Below are positions 32,547-43,214 of a stretch of 48,036 bases of DNA, in pieces. Below the pieces are notes generated by a model. It ran no database searches. It saw only the letters and a program-made list of their open reading frames with translations, and was not told where the DNA came from. The number at the start of each line of letters is the position of its first letter. The first letter of the stretch is position 1. Location of the stretch: positions 1 through 48,036 of IMG/VR virus record IMGVR_UViG_3300042199_000477; one strand, given 5' to 3'. This stretch comes from a virus (taxonomy: Duplodnaviria; Caudoviricetes). Position numbers and translations under genes: made by a program.

Positions 32547-34406
32547 ATGCGCCTGCGATCCTCCAAGCGAACCGAGCGGCGTCCGATTCCGGACTCCGAT
32601 TCTCCGGCGTACTGCGAGCTGTTGCGGCAGGCGTTCGAGGAGGCGCGCGGCAAGACGGTCGATGCGTGGTGGACCGCGATCGACGACTTGCTGACGCGGC
32701 GCGTTTTCGACGACAACCGGATCGACCCGGACGACATCGCGAATCAGTGCGTCGAGCCTCCGCGCGCGCACCAGTTGGTCAATCAAGTGGTGTCGACGGT
32801 GCTCAGCGGTCTGCCGAAATTCCACGTGCAACCGCGCACGCCGTTTTATCAGGACTTCGCGGAATTCTCGGAGGTCGCGGCGAACAACGATTGGCAGTCG
32901 GACTACAGCCCGATGCGGCAGGTTCGCCTGTGCGCAAAGGACTGCGCGGCGAAGGGCATCGGCATCATGTATACGATCCCCGAAATGGACTTCGGGGAGG
33001 CGACGCGCGAGCGCCGCAAGCGCATCAAGTTGGCGGAGAAACTGAACGCCGACGTGCGCGCCGGGCTCGCGGACTTGGCCGACGAAGAGACGATGGCGCC
33101 GTCGCTCGAGTACGCGGAAACGGGCGTGGAAAACCACGACCTTTCGCGCGTGGGTCGGATCGGATCGCGGCGCATCGACCCGTGGCGGTACGGGTTCGAT
33201 TGGACGGCCGAATCCGAACACGACATGCGCTTTCAGTGGCGCTGGTACTACGCGACGCGGGAGTCGCTGGAAGCGCAAAAGCACTGGAACCAAGCGGCGA
33301 TCCGCAAACTCAACTTCGGTTCGCGGAACTCGGAACTGTTCTCGCACACGATCGAAGGCGATCCGTGCGAGTACGTCCGCGTTTTTGAAGGGTGGTTCAA
33401 AGATCCCGGCGGCAAGTGGAACTTGCGGGTGTGGTTCGAGGGCGCCGGAGAAGAGGACGAGTTTCTGTATCAGGCGGACAATCCGCTGATTCACGGACAC
33501 CCGTTCCGCCTTCTGCGTTGGGGCGAAACCGGCAACACGATCTGGTGCGCCTCGGACTTGCTGCACGTCTACCAGTCGCTCGTGATGGAGCGACACGTAC
33601 AGACGCGGATGTACGACCAGATGATGCGGCAGGCCGTGGACGTGACGATCGTGGACGCTGCGGCGACGACCGAGGATGAACTGCATCCCGTCGAAGTGGA
33701 CGGCATCGGAACGCTGCTGCGACTCGACCTTGGGGGCAAGCGTCCCGACGAGGTTTTCAAGCGACTCCAACGCGATCCGGTGTCCACCGAGTTGCTGGCC
33801 TACTTGCAGCTGTTGCAGCGGCAAATCGAGGACGGCGTCGCTCTGGACGCCAACCAAATCGGGCGCTTCGGCAAGTCTGAGACGTCGGCCACCGAGATCA
33901 TGCGCATGGACAAGGCGGCGAGGTCTCGCAACGCCTTGCGGTTCGTGGCGGTGGACGAATTCGTGGCCGGAATCGCGCACGACCGGCTGCGCATGCACGT
34001 GCAATACAGCCCGTCGGAAATGATCCGCGCGCTAGCCGGCCCGAAGGCGGCGGCGTTGTTCTCCCTCAACACGTTCACGGACGGAGACGTGCAATTTGGC
34101 CTGCACGTTTCGGTGATTCCGGGCACGTTGCAGCCGGTGTCGGACGAGTCCAAGGCGGCGTCGCTGCAAGAGGTCCTGCTGCTGCTGCTGCAAGGAAACC
34201 CCACGGCTACGGCGATGGTCAACGCCCCGGCGCTGTTCCTCGAGTGGCTGAAAACGAAGGGCATTCACGAGGGCTCAAATCTCCTCATGCCCGGGATCGA
34301 CGGCCAAGCCGTGCAAGCGCTGGCGATGCAGATGGCGATGGCCGGAAAACAAGGCGGTTCTCCCGCGGCCGCGGCGGGTCAAAGCAACGCGGCGACGGTG
34401 GCATGA
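32547..34406 (+). CDS. Portal protein
   Basis: 619 aa after terL; RRIDPW..GFD and TSATEI motifs typical of podovirus portals; Gln/Ala tail. Confidence 0.85.
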   Translation: MRLRSSKRTERRPIPDSDSPAYCELLRQAFEEARGKTVDAWWTAIDDLLTRRVFDDNRIDPDDIANQCVEPPRAHQLVNQVVSTVLSGLPKFHVQPRTPFYQDFAEFSEVAANNDWQSDYSPMRQVRLCAKDCAAKGIGIMYTIPEMDFGEATRERRKRIKLAEKLNADVRAGLADLADEETMAPSLEYAETGVENHDLSRVGRIGSRRIDPWRYGFDWTAESEHDMRFQWRWYYATRESLEAQKHWNQAAIRKLNFGSRNSELFSHTIEGDPCEYVRVFEGWFKDPGGKWNLRVWFEGAGEEDEFLYQADNPLIHGHPFRLLRWGETGNTIWCASDLLHVYQSLVMERHVQTRMYDQMMRQAVDVTIVDAAATTEDELHPVEVDGIGTLLRLDLGGKRPDEVFKRLQRDPVSTELLAYLQLLQRQIEDGVALDANQIGRFGKSETSATEIMRMDKAARSRNALRFVAVDEFVAGIAHDRLRMHVQYSPSEMIRALAGPKAAALFSLNTFTDGDVQFGLHVSVIPGTLQPVSDESKAASLQEVLLLLLQGNPTATAMVNAPALFLEWLKTKGIHEGSNLLMPGIDGQAVQALAMQMAMAGKQGGSPAAAAGQSNAATVA

Positions 34407-34822
34407 AACTTCTCGAGCGGAAAAAAATCGGCGACGGCAAGGTCTTCGTTCGCGTCCTGAACGACGACGGCAACGAACAGGGTTGGGTGACATCGGAGGG
34501 GTCCGACTCCGACATCCAGCTGCGGCCGCATCGTCACGGGGCGCACGCCGGACGCCGTTTCGAGTCGCATATCGAGGAGTACAACGTCAAGCGGCGGGGC
34601 ATGAAAGAGGGCTCGCTGCGGTCCAAAATCTGCCAAGAATTGCACGAGCGTTCCGGAAAGACGGAGGCGGCTTGGCGCGAGCGCGGCGGAAACTATGGTA
34701 GGATGACCGACCAACGGGGCACCGTGATCGCGGGGCCGATTTTCCGTTCCGACCGGGAACGGAGCTCCTACATCCAGCTCCACAACTCGCTGCATCCTCG
34801 GATGCAGTTTCACGAGGCATGA
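34403..34822 (+). CDS. Hypothetical protein
   Basis: Start ATG 34403, coupled to the portal stop. Confidence 0.6.
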   Translation: MKLLERKKIGDGKVFVRVLNDDGNEQGWVTSEGSDSDIQLRPHRHGAHAGRRFESHIEEYNVKRRGMKEGSLRSKICQELHERSGKTEAAWRERGGNYGRMTDQRGTVIAGPIFRSDRERSSYIQLHNSLHPRMQFHEA

Positions 34823-34992
34823 CCATGAAGCCCAAGGCACTCGGCAACGGCCGCGCCGTCGCGCTCGGCGGCACGATGGGACCGATCAAGTCCTTCAACC
34901 AAGGCGCGCCCAAGCCGGGCGTGTCGGCGTGGGAAGGCAAGCACAAGGCCGGAGGCAAGATGACCTTCAAGGCCAAGAAGGGCGGCGCGTGA
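34819..34992 (+). CDS. Small basic Lys/Gly-rich protein, 57 aa
   Basis: MTMKPKALGNG...KAKKGGA; coupled on both sides; not in the ORF track. Confidence 0.55.
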   Translation: MTMKPKALGNGRAVALGGTMGPIKSFNQGAPKPGVSAWEGKHKAGGKMTFKAKKGGA

Positions 34993-35897
34993 AGATCGGC
35001 GGTCAACGGCAAGGCCCGGCCGCTGGCGAGCCCGATCCCGCCGATGCGCCGTTGGAAGACGGCGCTCCGGCGATCGACGACGTCGATCCGAGCGAAGGCG
35101 ATCCCCAACCGGCGCAAGAGCCCGCGGCGCCCCCGGCGGCTCCGAGCGCTCCTTTGGGAGTCGATCCGGGGCAGCTCGACGCCGTCCGGCGCGCGGTGAT
35201 GCGCGTGGCGGCGGCGCGGACGCCCGAAGAGCGCGAAGCGGCGCAACGCGACTTGCGGCAGGTGTTCAATCTGGACGCCACGCAGGCGGCGGAGCCCGAC
35301 GCGCCCGATGTCGAAGTGTTGCGGCTTGAAGCCGAAATGCTCGACACGATGCAGGGCGAAACGCCCGAAGAACGGCGCAAGAATTTGGCCGCCTATCACA
35401 AGATGGGCGACTTGCAGTTTGCGCGCAACGCGAAGCGCGTGGCGGAAATGGCCGCGCGGGAAGCGAAGACGGCGGTGCAATCGGCGCTGTCCAGTCTCGG
35501 CTTGACGCCCGACGACGTGCAGGGGCTCTTGGAGCTCCGGCGAAATCAGGAGTGGGAGCCGCACATTCAAAAACTCGGAGCGGGAGCGTCGTCCTACGTC
35601 AAGGACGCGCGAGCGCTGCGAGAGAAACTTGCTCGAGCGGGAGAGGAACTCTCGCACGAGGAGGCGCTGCAATTGGTGATGCAGCGTCAGAAGAAAACGA
35701 CGGCGCCCGCGGGCGAACCTGCGCCGCGTCGTCAGGCTCCCCCGGTGACGAGCGCGGAGGCTGGCCCTTCTCTGCGCCCCGGAAACCAAGGGCGTCTCGG
35801 CACGTTGACCAACGAAGAAATCCTCGCGTCGTTCCGCGCGTCCCAAAAGGGCGGCGGGAGCGGCGGCGGGGGTCTTCCGGGCTTCCGCGCCCGGTAA
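34989..35897 (+). CDS. Capsid scaffolding protein
   Basis: GTG 34989; acidic Pro-rich N-terminus, coiled coil, immediately before the capsid gene. Confidence 0.7.
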   Translation: MKIGGQRQGPAAGEPDPADAPLEDGAPAIDDVDPSEGDPQPAQEPAAPPAAPSAPLGVDPGQLDAVRRAVMRVAAARTPEEREAAQRDLRQVFNLDATQAAEPDAPDVEVLRLEAEMLDTMQGETPEERRKNLAAYHKMGDLQFARNAKRVAEMAAREAKTAVQSALSSLGLTPDDVQGLLELRRNQEWEPHIQKLGAGASSYVKDARALREKLARAGEELSHEEALQLVMQRQKKTTAPAGEPAPRRQAPPVTSAEAGPSLRPGNQGRLGTLTNEEILASFRASQKGGGSGGGGLPGFRAR

Positions 35898-35906
35898 GGA
35901 GAAGCA

Positions 35907-37064
35907 ATGCCTCCGCTGACTGCGACGCGACCGGGGAATGGCCAGTACCACCCGATCTTCGTCCACACGGTCGAGAAGCGCATCGCGGAGGTCGCCGACC
36001 TTCGCGCAAAGCGCGTCCCGATCATTTCGATGCTGGAAAGCCTCGGCCTGCTGATGCAGGAAGACGGCGGCTACAGCAAGCTCCAACCGATCCTGACGGA
36101 GAACAACACTCCCGTCACGCCCTACGGGTCCGGCGTCACGCCGCCGATCTTCATGGGCGGCTACGCGGGCACGATGCGCACGGAGTACGCCTCGTACCTC
36201 GCCCCGGTGGGTTGGGAGTACCAAGACGAGCTCAACCGCATCACGTCGGAAGCGGCGGCCGTCAACGTCGCCACCGTCCGCACCTACAACGCCTTGAAGG
36301 CGATGGGCGAGACGATGGAGGCGGACATCGTCGGCGGCAATGCGTCCAACGCCTTGCGCATGACGGGCCTCGAGCAGCTGATCCACGCGACCACGCACTT
36401 GGCCGCGACGGACACGCTCGCCGAGATTCTGAACGCGGACGATTGGAACTTCCGTCAGTGCGCGAACACGGTGCAGGGCATCGCGCGCACGGCGATGTCC
36501 GGGCCGAACTCCGGCGGACCGCGGCTCATGAACAACATGTGCATCGCGTTCGACGACATCGGCGTCAGCTCCGGCTCTCGCGCGTTCGGCTTGTCTTCGG
36601 GCGAGTTGAACGACGTCTGCAAGATTTTCGAGCACTTCTACTTGCTGTCGTGCTCGGGATCGGAATACCCCGACCTCATCTGGTCGACGCAGCGCCCCAT
36701 GTCGGACGCGCGGCGGTGCGGTCAGGCGTTCGTGTCGTTCCAAGTCACGGACAAGGAATCGCCGCAGGCCAACATCGGCCCGGGCGGCCTGCGCTACGGC
36801 GCGGCGACGTGGTACGCGATGCCGACGCTCCGGGCGACCGGACTGAACGGCGGCGCGGCGGTCGCGGGCGACGACATGATCTACCTGATCAACTCGGCGC
36901 ACATCGGCTTCGAGCTCGACGCGGACCATGCGTTCGAGCCGGTTTTTGAAGATTGGCAATGGTCGCACTCCCCGCTCGGACGCTTCCAGCACTACGAGCT
37001 TCGGGGGCAACTGCTGTCGGACATGCCCGGCATGCACAGCGTCGTGGCGCGCTACGGCAGCTGA
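35907..37064 (+). CDS. Major capsid protein
   Basis: 385 aa, strong RBS AAGGAG; GLEQL, YPDLIWST, MIYLINS...F and GQL motifs of HK97-fold capsids; position. Confidence 0.8.
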   Translation: MPPLTATRPGNGQYHPIFVHTVEKRIAEVADLRAKRVPIISMLESLGLLMQEDGGYSKLQPILTENNTPVTPYGSGVTPPIFMGGYAGTMRTEYASYLAPVGWEYQDELNRITSEAAAVNVATVRTYNALKAMGETMEADIVGGNASNALRMTGLEQLIHATTHLAATDTLAEILNADDWNFRQCANTVQGIARTAMSGPNSGGPRLMNNMCIAFDDIGVSSGSRAFGLSSGELNDVCKIFEHFYLLSCSGSEYPDLIWSTQRPMSDARRCGQAFVSFQVTDKESPQANIGPGGLRYGAATWYAMPTLRATGLNGGAAVAGDDMIYLINSAHIGFELDADHAFEPVFEDWQWSHSPLGRFQHYELRGQLLSDMPGMHSVVARYGS

Positions 37065-37082
37065 GCCGAAAGGGGAACAATC

Positions 37083-37856
37083 ATGGCTCTCTTCTACAAC
37101 AACGGCTCTCCGGCCGCGTCGTTCTCGCCGCTCACCGCGGCGGGAACCGTCTCGTACAACGAGGTGACGGAGCCCGCGCATCAGGTCGCGTGGTACCGCC
37201 TCGGCGGCGCCAATCACATCTCGATGGGCCTCGGCCTGATGATCGACACCGCGGAGCCTCGTTCGGGGTTCGGCGGCGGCGGATCGGCGGGCACGGCTAA
37301 GGCGCCGTCCACGTCCGGCTTCCTCGACGGCAACAGCCGCCCCGACTACTGGGGTCGCCAAGTCGTCGTGTGCGACTCGGACGTCATCGCCAACATCACG
37401 GCGACCTACACCAAGTGGGTCGGCGTGTTTACCGGCTTGGTCGCGATGGCGGGCGGTGGCTACGGCTACAACTTCGTCGGCGACGCGGCGGTCGGTTCGG
37501 CGACGACGCCTTTCGGCACCAGCGACGCTTCCGATCGCGTGAGCAACGGTTTCACCTACTTGGGTGCGACCTCGGCTCCGTGCGTCGATCCGCTCAACGG
37601 CGGCCGTTCCTACGCGAAGTTCGGCGACATCATCGCCGTGCGGCGCACGGGTCCGGCGGTCGCGTGGGTGTCCGACGTCAACGCGACGGCGGCCAACGAC
37701 ATCATCAGCATGGGCGGCGTGAACGCTCCGGTGGACGGCACGTTGAGCGTCGTCGCGGCGGCCTCGGCGGCCTTCGCGGTCGGCGTCGTGCTGGTCAACC
37801 CGACCACGTTCGACGCGGACGGCACCGGTATGGGTTGCCACGTCTGGCTCAAGTGA
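37083..37856 (+). CDS. Putative capsid decoration/cement protein
   Basis: Gly/Ala/Thr-rich beta protein after the capsid gene, ending AFAVGVVL. Confidence 0.55.
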   Translation: MALFYNNGSPAASFSPLTAAGTVSYNEVTEPAHQVAWYRLGGANHISMGLGLMIDTAEPRSGFGGGGSAGTAKAPSTSGFLDGNSRPDYWGRQVVVCDSDVIANITATYTKWVGVFTGLVAMAGGGYGYNFVGDAAVGSATTPFGTSDASDRVSNGFTYLGATSAPCVDPLNGGRSYAKFGDIIAVRRTGPAVAWVSDVNATAANDIISMGGVNAPVDGTLSVVAAASAAFAVGVVLVNPTTFDADGTGMGCHVWLK

Positions 37857-38116
37857 GCGATCCGATCCCACTCCAAGAGATCGCGAATCTCGTTGAAGCC
37901 AGCGAGATTTGGAACATCTTGGAGTGCGGCATCTGCGGGAAACCGGACCGGGAGGATTTCTGCATGCGGCGGGTGAAGGAACGAGACTTCGCCTGCAAGC
38001 ATTGCAAGAACCCCGGTCTGGGCCTGCTGACCTTCAACGAGCCTCGCCGATCGAGGCACGCGATTCCGACGATGATTCGAGCGGGACACTTCAACCGCTA
38101 CGAAGCGTTCGCATGA
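37853..38116 (+). CDS. Zinc-ribbon protein
   Basis: GTG 37853; CGIC...CKHC. Confidence 0.55.
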   Translation: MSDPIPLQEIANLVEASEIWNILECGICGKPDREDFCMRRVKERDFACKHCKNPGLGLLTFNEPRRSRHAIPTMIRAGHFNRYEAFA

Positions 38117-38679
38117 TTCACGAAAGGCCCAACGTGAGCCAAGACGTCGCCGAAAAGCCCGCCGCGTTCGTTCCCGAATACACGGCTTCCCGCCCGTGGG
38201 ATAACCCGTTCGCCAAAGACAACGGCATCCCGTGGGAGGACCGCAAGTACGTCTTCAATCCGACGATCGGCCGCATCACCGTGGCGCCGTGCGGCGACGG
38301 CTTGGCCTCACACGGCGGCTGGACGGTCGAAGTCGAGACGGACGCGAAGACGGGCAAGCAGCGCACGAAGCGCTGCGAAGCCGACGAGGACGCCTACCAA
38401 GAGCAGAACCGCAACGGCTACCCGATGCTGACCTACAAGCAGGTCTGCGAAGTGTTCGCCATCGCGGAAAAGCACGCGCTTTGCCTGCGCGATGCGCTGT
38501 TCAAGACGATCGACCTCGATGAACTCGGGCTGAACGAGGCGCAAAAGCTCGCGTGCGCCGGCTCGCGCGAAGTCTTCCCGGTGGCGCGACCGGAACTCAA
38601 GAAGGCGTCGGACGAGAAGAAGCGCGCCCGCGAGAACCTCGACCGATTGACGGGCGCTCCGTCGCGCAAGAAGGGCTGA
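38113..38679 (+). CDS. Hypothetical protein
   Basis: ATGA-coupled start at 38113. Confidence 0.6.
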   Translation: MIHERPNVSQDVAEKPAAFVPEYTASRPWDNPFAKDNGIPWEDRKYVFNPTIGRITVAPCGDGLASHGGWTVEVETDAKTGKQRTKRCEADEDAYQEQNRNGYPMLTYKQVCEVFAIAEKHALCLRDALFKTIDLDELGLNEAQKLACAGSREVFPVARPELKKASDEKKRARENLDRLTGAPSRKKG

Positions 38680-38682
38680 GCA

Positions 38683-39432
38683 ATGGCGCCGCCGGTAAAA
38701 ACCGTCGGTTCGTTGGTCAGTGACATCGCGGAGATCGTCGCTAACACGGCGTCGCCGCAGACGTCCTACGCGAACCAGATCAAGGCGGCGGCGCAATTTG
38801 CGCTGATGGAACTGGTCAACAAGACGCGCCCGTCTTGGTTGCACCGCGAATCGGGGACGCCGATCACGACGGCGGACGGAACCTCGGATTACACGCTTGC
38901 CGACGACTTCTTCATGATGGTCGACACGGCGGGCGTCTGGTGTACGGCGGCGCCCTTCGCGGTGTTGCAGTACATGACGATGCAGGATTGGGTCGCCAAC
39001 CGAGGACATGACACGTCGCGGAAGTCCGACCCTCCGACGCACTACTGCCTGCCGCATTCGGACGTCTCGACGGGGGCGCAGATCATTCGGCTCTACCCGA
39101 CGCCGTCCACCGTGCGCACGCTCAAATACCGCTACATCGCGACGCCTGCGGCGATCGACGCCGCGGCCGACTCGACGAATCTGGACGTCCGCATTCCGCC
39201 GTCCATGCACCACGTGCTTGTGTGGGGCGCCGTGGCGAACCTCCCGGGCCTGATGAACGATCCGCAACGGCTGGCGCTCTACGAGTCTCGCTGGCGCTCG
39301 GCGTTGTCGGACACGAAGGCGGCTTCCAATCGGATCATCGGGGCGCAACGGCAGCGAGCCCGCTACGACGCGGGGCGCGGCATTTCGCGTCTTGATCCGG
39401 CTCCGACGATCGACGGGACGGCGGCGCCCTAA
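38683..39432 (+). CDS. Head-tail adaptor / tail tubular protein A-like
   Basis: GTSDYTLADDF, PTHY, IRLYPTP, IPPSMHHVLVWGA motifs. Confidence 0.8.
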   Translation: MAPPVKTVGSLVSDIAEIVANTASPQTSYANQIKAAAQFALMELVNKTRPSWLHRESGTPITTADGTSDYTLADDFFMMVDTAGVWCTAAPFAVLQYMTMQDWVANRGHDTSRKSDPPTHYCLPHSDVSTGAQIIRLYPTPSTVRTLKYRYIATPAAIDAAADSTNLDVRIPPSMHHVLVWGAVANLPGLMNDPQRLALYESRWRSALSDTKAASNRIIGAQRQRARYDAGRGISRLDPAPTIDGTAAP

Positions 39433-42400
39433 TGGGCCGGATCGTTTCAGAGCGGATCGAGCGCGGCTCGCGTCCGTTCAAGGGGTTGTCCGACAAGAGC
39501 CGCCCGGATGCGCTGACGGTCGGCGAGTGCTGCGAGCTCATCAACTCCGACTTTTTCGAGGACGGCGCCAAGCGCCGCGGCGGAACGGTGCGGATCGCAG
39601 GGCCGCTGCGCAACGGCTCGACGCGGCTCGACGGCCGCAACGACCACTTGGTCATCAAGAACCAAGCGGGCTACCAGCCGACGAATTCCAACTTCTATTT
39701 CGGGATCGGCTTGGTGCTGCGGCGTCGTCCGGCGGCCGCGGTGACGCTGGTGTCGTGGGGCTTCGGCGCGGCAGGCAATCTGTTCTTCGACATCCGGTAC
39801 GACCCCGCGGCGGGCACCGGAGCGCTTGGCGCATGGGTGCTGCGCGTGCGCGACGCTACTGCGGGAGCCACGCGAACGCTGACGCTCGATGACGGCGACG
39901 GCACGACGCGGCCGGTCGGCGCGTATCGGTTCATCGAGTTCTCTGCGGCGTTGCTCGATTTCGGTTTTCGCATGTGGGATGAAAGCGGAAACGCGACGTC
40001 GGTGTCGTTTGGCGGCGGCATCGCCGCATTCAACTGGACGGCGGCGCAGGACATCTACCTCGGCGTCGGTACCACCGCATTGAACACGATCGGGACCGAC
40101 TTCATCGACGCGACCATTTGCGAACCGCGTCTTGGCGCTTCGTTGGCGGGCGGCCCTGCGTCGTTCGACTTCTACCCGACGACCGCGAACAAGTACTACA
40201 TTCGCGAGTTGCCCGCGTCGCACGCGGCGGCGCTCGACGGCTACTGGAAGCTCAACGACGGAGACGACGCGGGCATCAAGCGCGACTTCGTCGGCACGAA
40301 CCACGCGCTGATTCCCAACAACCCGCCGCCGTGGGAGCGTCAGTCGGACAACGTCCGCGTGCTCGGGCAGTCCGCCGTGCGGTTCAAGGGCGGCAACCAG
40401 TTCATCGACCTGCGCGACACGACGAGCGGCACGACGACGATTGCGTCGGTGTTCACCGTCGCGGCGGGAAATTGCGCGCACTGGACGGTGCGGATCATCT
40501 ACGAGCCGGAGATGCCTCCCGGAGCGACCGCCGTTCCCAACGGCACGATCTTGTGGATGGGAGCCGACGCGGCGATTCCGGCCCCGGTGGCAATTCGCGT
40601 GGTGTCGGATCGCTTGCAGTTCGACTATCGAGACGGCGGTGTCACGGCGACGATGACGGCGGGCGCTCCCGTGCCGACGATGTCGTCGTTGGTCGGCAAG
40701 CGGCTGCGCATTTCGGTGCTGCGAACCGGATCGGTGAACGGTTCGTGGGGCTATCAGATCGCGATTGACGACGGGAATCCGCTCGTCTTCGGCACCAACT
40801 TCTTCACGAACCTCACGGCGTGCGGCGCGCTGAACCCCGGCGTGACTTCGCAGGACTTGGCGATCGGGAATCACGTCACGAACTTCGCATCATCGCGCCT
40901 TGGCACGATGGTGTTCGGCGCGTCCGGTGCGCTGTGGGGCATGGTCGACGATTTCCAAATCGTCTCGACCGACGCGAATTCCGGGCTCGTGTTCGTCGGC
41001 GTGGGCGGCATCTTCCAAACGGGGTTGCCTTACGGACCGTTCGCCGAAGTGGACAACTGGAACGCCTCGACGAGCGGCGGCGTTCATCGCATCGCGTGCT
41101 ACCTCAAACTGAACGAGGGAGCCGGAACCGGGCCGCTTTCGGTGCTCGGGTTCCAGCCGGTCACGAACGGTGGCTGGCAGGCGTACTTGCGGCCGCTGGC
41201 GGATTCGGGGTGCTCCTCCGACGTCGGCTTGGTGGACCCGCAAGAGCCGGTGCGCGCGACGCTCTTTCGCGCCTACGACCGATTCGTCAACGACCGCAAG
41301 ACGCGACGAGAGGCGATCGTTTTCGCTGGCACGACGGCCTATGCGCTCAACGTGCTCACGGCCGACTTGCGAATCATCGGAGCGCTTCCGGCGGCGGCCG
41401 ATGCGTGGACGTCGGCGCAGTACGGGCAGCGGTTCCTTGCCGCAGGGGCTCCCGGGCGTCGTCCGATTTGGACCAACGGCGACGGCGTTTTCGGGCTCGG
41501 AATCGAACCACCCGAAGCGGCGGCCATTCCGACGTTCGGGACGACCGGCTCTTTCACCGCGGGCTCGTACTACCTGTACGTTCGATTCCGAAACCGCGAC
41601 ACCGGCGAAGAGTCGAATCCCGGCCCGGGCACGCTCATCACCTTTGTGGCTCCGGACGACCAGATCGCGACGCTGACGATCCCGGTTTCGTCCGATTCGC
41701 AGGTCAACCAGCGCCGCGTGTTCATGACGGCGTTGGGCGGCGCTGACGGCGACGTCGCCTACTTGGTCGCCGAGATCAACGACAACACGACGACGGTTTA
41801 CTCGACGACGATTGACAGCGTCTCGACGTCGTCCGAGGCGATGACGGACTACTTTGGGCAGGCCGCCGCCCCCAAGGGCACGATCATCGCGCAGTTCAAG
41901 GATTACACGCTCGTCGGCGGTTCGCAGGAATTCCCGACTCGGCTTTACTTCTCGCAGCCGGGAGTCCCGGGCTACTGGCTCCCCGACGACGGGCTGCTTG
42001 GCGGCGACTACAAAGACCTCGACTTGGATTCGGGGCGCCCGATCACGGCGATCACGTCGCTCATCAACTCGGCGGCGGTCGATTTCTCGGACGGCCGCGC
42101 GGTGCTGACGACGACCGGCGATCCGGACGATCCGCTGGCGTTTCAGTTTACGGAGCGATCTTCCGGCGCGGTCGGTCCGCAGGCGATCGTCGGCGTCGGC
42201 AACACCGCGTACTTCATCGGCGAAGACGGCATCTGGTTCACTAACGGATTCGACCAATCGAATCTGTCCGGACCGGGAGAGCGCACGCTTGATGCTCCGA
42301 AGTTCTTGCAGGAAGCGGAGCGTCCGTCGATTTCGCGCACGATGCTGCGCAAGGTTCGCGGCGAGAATCGGCGTCGATTCGTCGCAACGCGGAACCGCTC

Positions 42401-43214
42401 CAAATCGCAGATCGTTTTCGCGGTCAACCTCTCGGCGTCGGCTTCGTCGAACGACACGCTTTTGATCTTCGACACGGAGCGGCGCGTGTGGTCGAAGTGG
42501 GACGTGTCGCTCGACTGCGGCGACCAGATCGACGACGAGAACGGCTCGGCGTCGCTGTGGGGCGTCAGCGGCGGCTACATCTGCAAACTGGACGTCGAAG
42601 ACCAGTTGGCGGACGGCTTCTCCGGCGTGACCGCGGTGGGCACGGTGTCGTCGGTGTCTGGCAAAACGATCACCGTTTCGGGCGCGCTCGGCCCGGTGTC
42701 CGAGCTTCGCTTTCAGCGGTGTTACGTGCTCATCGCGGCGACCGGGCAGGCGGCGGAATTCACGCTGCGCGACAACCCGGACGCGACGACGTTGATTGCG
42801 GCCGATGACGCCGACCTCACCGGGATCGCCAACGGCGACGTGTTCATCGTCGGCGGCATTCAGAGCTACCTTGAGCTCGTTTTCCGGTTCGGGTCCGCCC
42901 TCGACAAGAAGCGCATGAAGTGGCTGCGCTTCTACGGAGAATCGACGGTTGACCCGCTGTACCTGCGCGTCGCCTACAAGCTCGACGAAAACCGCTACGA
43001 CCAGTCGATCGCTGGTTGGGCGAACGAAATCCGCCAGTGGCCGGTGGGCACGTCAGCGCTTGAAATCAACATCGGAGGCATCGGCGGCTTGCTGCGCGTG
43101 CGCATCGGCGAGCAGGCCCTTGCGACCGGCACGCCGACGATGTGGATGCCGAGCGTCGGAGCGATCAAGATTTCCGCCATCGAAGCGATTGCGGAGATGA
43201 TTGCGGCGCTCTGA
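39432..43214 (+). CDS. Tail nozzle/stabilisation protein with inserted LamG/ConA-like domains
   Basis: N-terminal FKGL...INSDF...KRRGG; propeller-type RLYFSQPG.P..W, GAVGP, AYFIGEDGIW; LamG-like GYWKLNDG, GMVDDFQI, YLKLNEG. Confidence 0.75.
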   Translation: MGRIVSERIERGSRPFKGLSDKSRPDALTVGECCELINSDFFEDGAKRRGGTVRIAGPLRNGSTRLDGRNDHLVIKNQAGYQPTNSNFYFGIGLVLRRRPAAAVTLVSWGFGAAGNLFFDIRYDPAAGTGALGAWVLRVRDATAGATRTLTLDDGDGTTRPVGAYRFIEFSAALLDFGFRMWDESGNATSVSFGGGIAAFNWTAAQDIYLGVGTTALNTIGTDFIDATICEPRLGASLAGGPASFDFYPTTANKYYIRELPASHAAALDGYWKLNDGDDAGIKRDFVGTNHALIPNNPPPWERQSDNVRVLGQSAVRFKGGNQFIDLRDTTSGTTTIASVFTVAAGNCAHWTVRIIYEPEMPPGATAVPNGTILWMGADAAIPAPVAIRVVSDRLQFDYRDGGVTATMTAGAPVPTMSSLVGKRLRISVLRTGSVNGSWGYQIAIDDGNPLVFGTNFFTNLTACGALNPGVTSQDLAIGNHVTNFASSRLGTMVFGASGALWGMVDDFQIVSTDANSGLVFVGVGGIFQTGLPYGPFAEVDNWNASTSGGVHRIACYLKLNEGAGTGPLSVLGFQPVTNGGWQAYLRPLADSGCSSDVGLVDPQEPVRATLFRAYDRFVNDRKTRREAIVFAGTTAYALNVLTADLRIIGALPAAADAWTSAQYGQRFLAAGAPGRRPIWTNGDGVFGLGIEPPEAAAIPTFGTTGSFTAGSYYLYVRFRNRDTGEESNPGPGTLITFVAPDDQIATLTIPVSSDSQVNQRRVFMTALGGADGDVAYLVAEINDNTTTVYSTTIDSVSTSSEAMTDYFGQAAAPKGTIIAQFKDYTLVGGSQEFPTRLYFSQPGVPGYWLPDDGLLGGDYKDLDLDSGRPITAITSLINSAAVDFSDGRAVLTTTGDPDDPLAFQFTERSSGAVGPQAIVGVGNTAYFIGEDGIWFTNGFDQSNLSGPGERTLDAPKFLQEAERPSISRTMLRKVRGENRRRFVATRNRSKSQIVFAVNLSASASSNDTLLIFDTERRVWSKWDVSLDCGDQIDDENGSASLWGVSGGYICKLDVEDQLADGFSGVTAVGTVSSVSGKTITVSGALGPVSELRFQRCYVLIAATGQAAEFTLRDNPDATTLIAADDADLTGIANGDVFIVGGIQSYLELVFRFGSALDKKRMKWLRFYGESTVDPLYLRVAYKLDENRYDQSIAGWANEIRQWPVGTSALEINIGGIGGLLRVRIGEQALATGTPTMWMPSVGAIKISAIEAIAEMIAAL

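Noticed and set aside
37062-37085. Stop-codon read-through fusing capsid and decoration proteins (they are in frame)
   Set aside because: One-in-three chance arrangement, and the downstream gene has its own strong RBS (AAAGGGG).
34587-37871. Very long antisense ORFs (1094 aa here; also 4333..7038, 29774..32476, 32355..34004)
   Set aside because: Arg-rich shadows of high-GC sense genes with no motifs.
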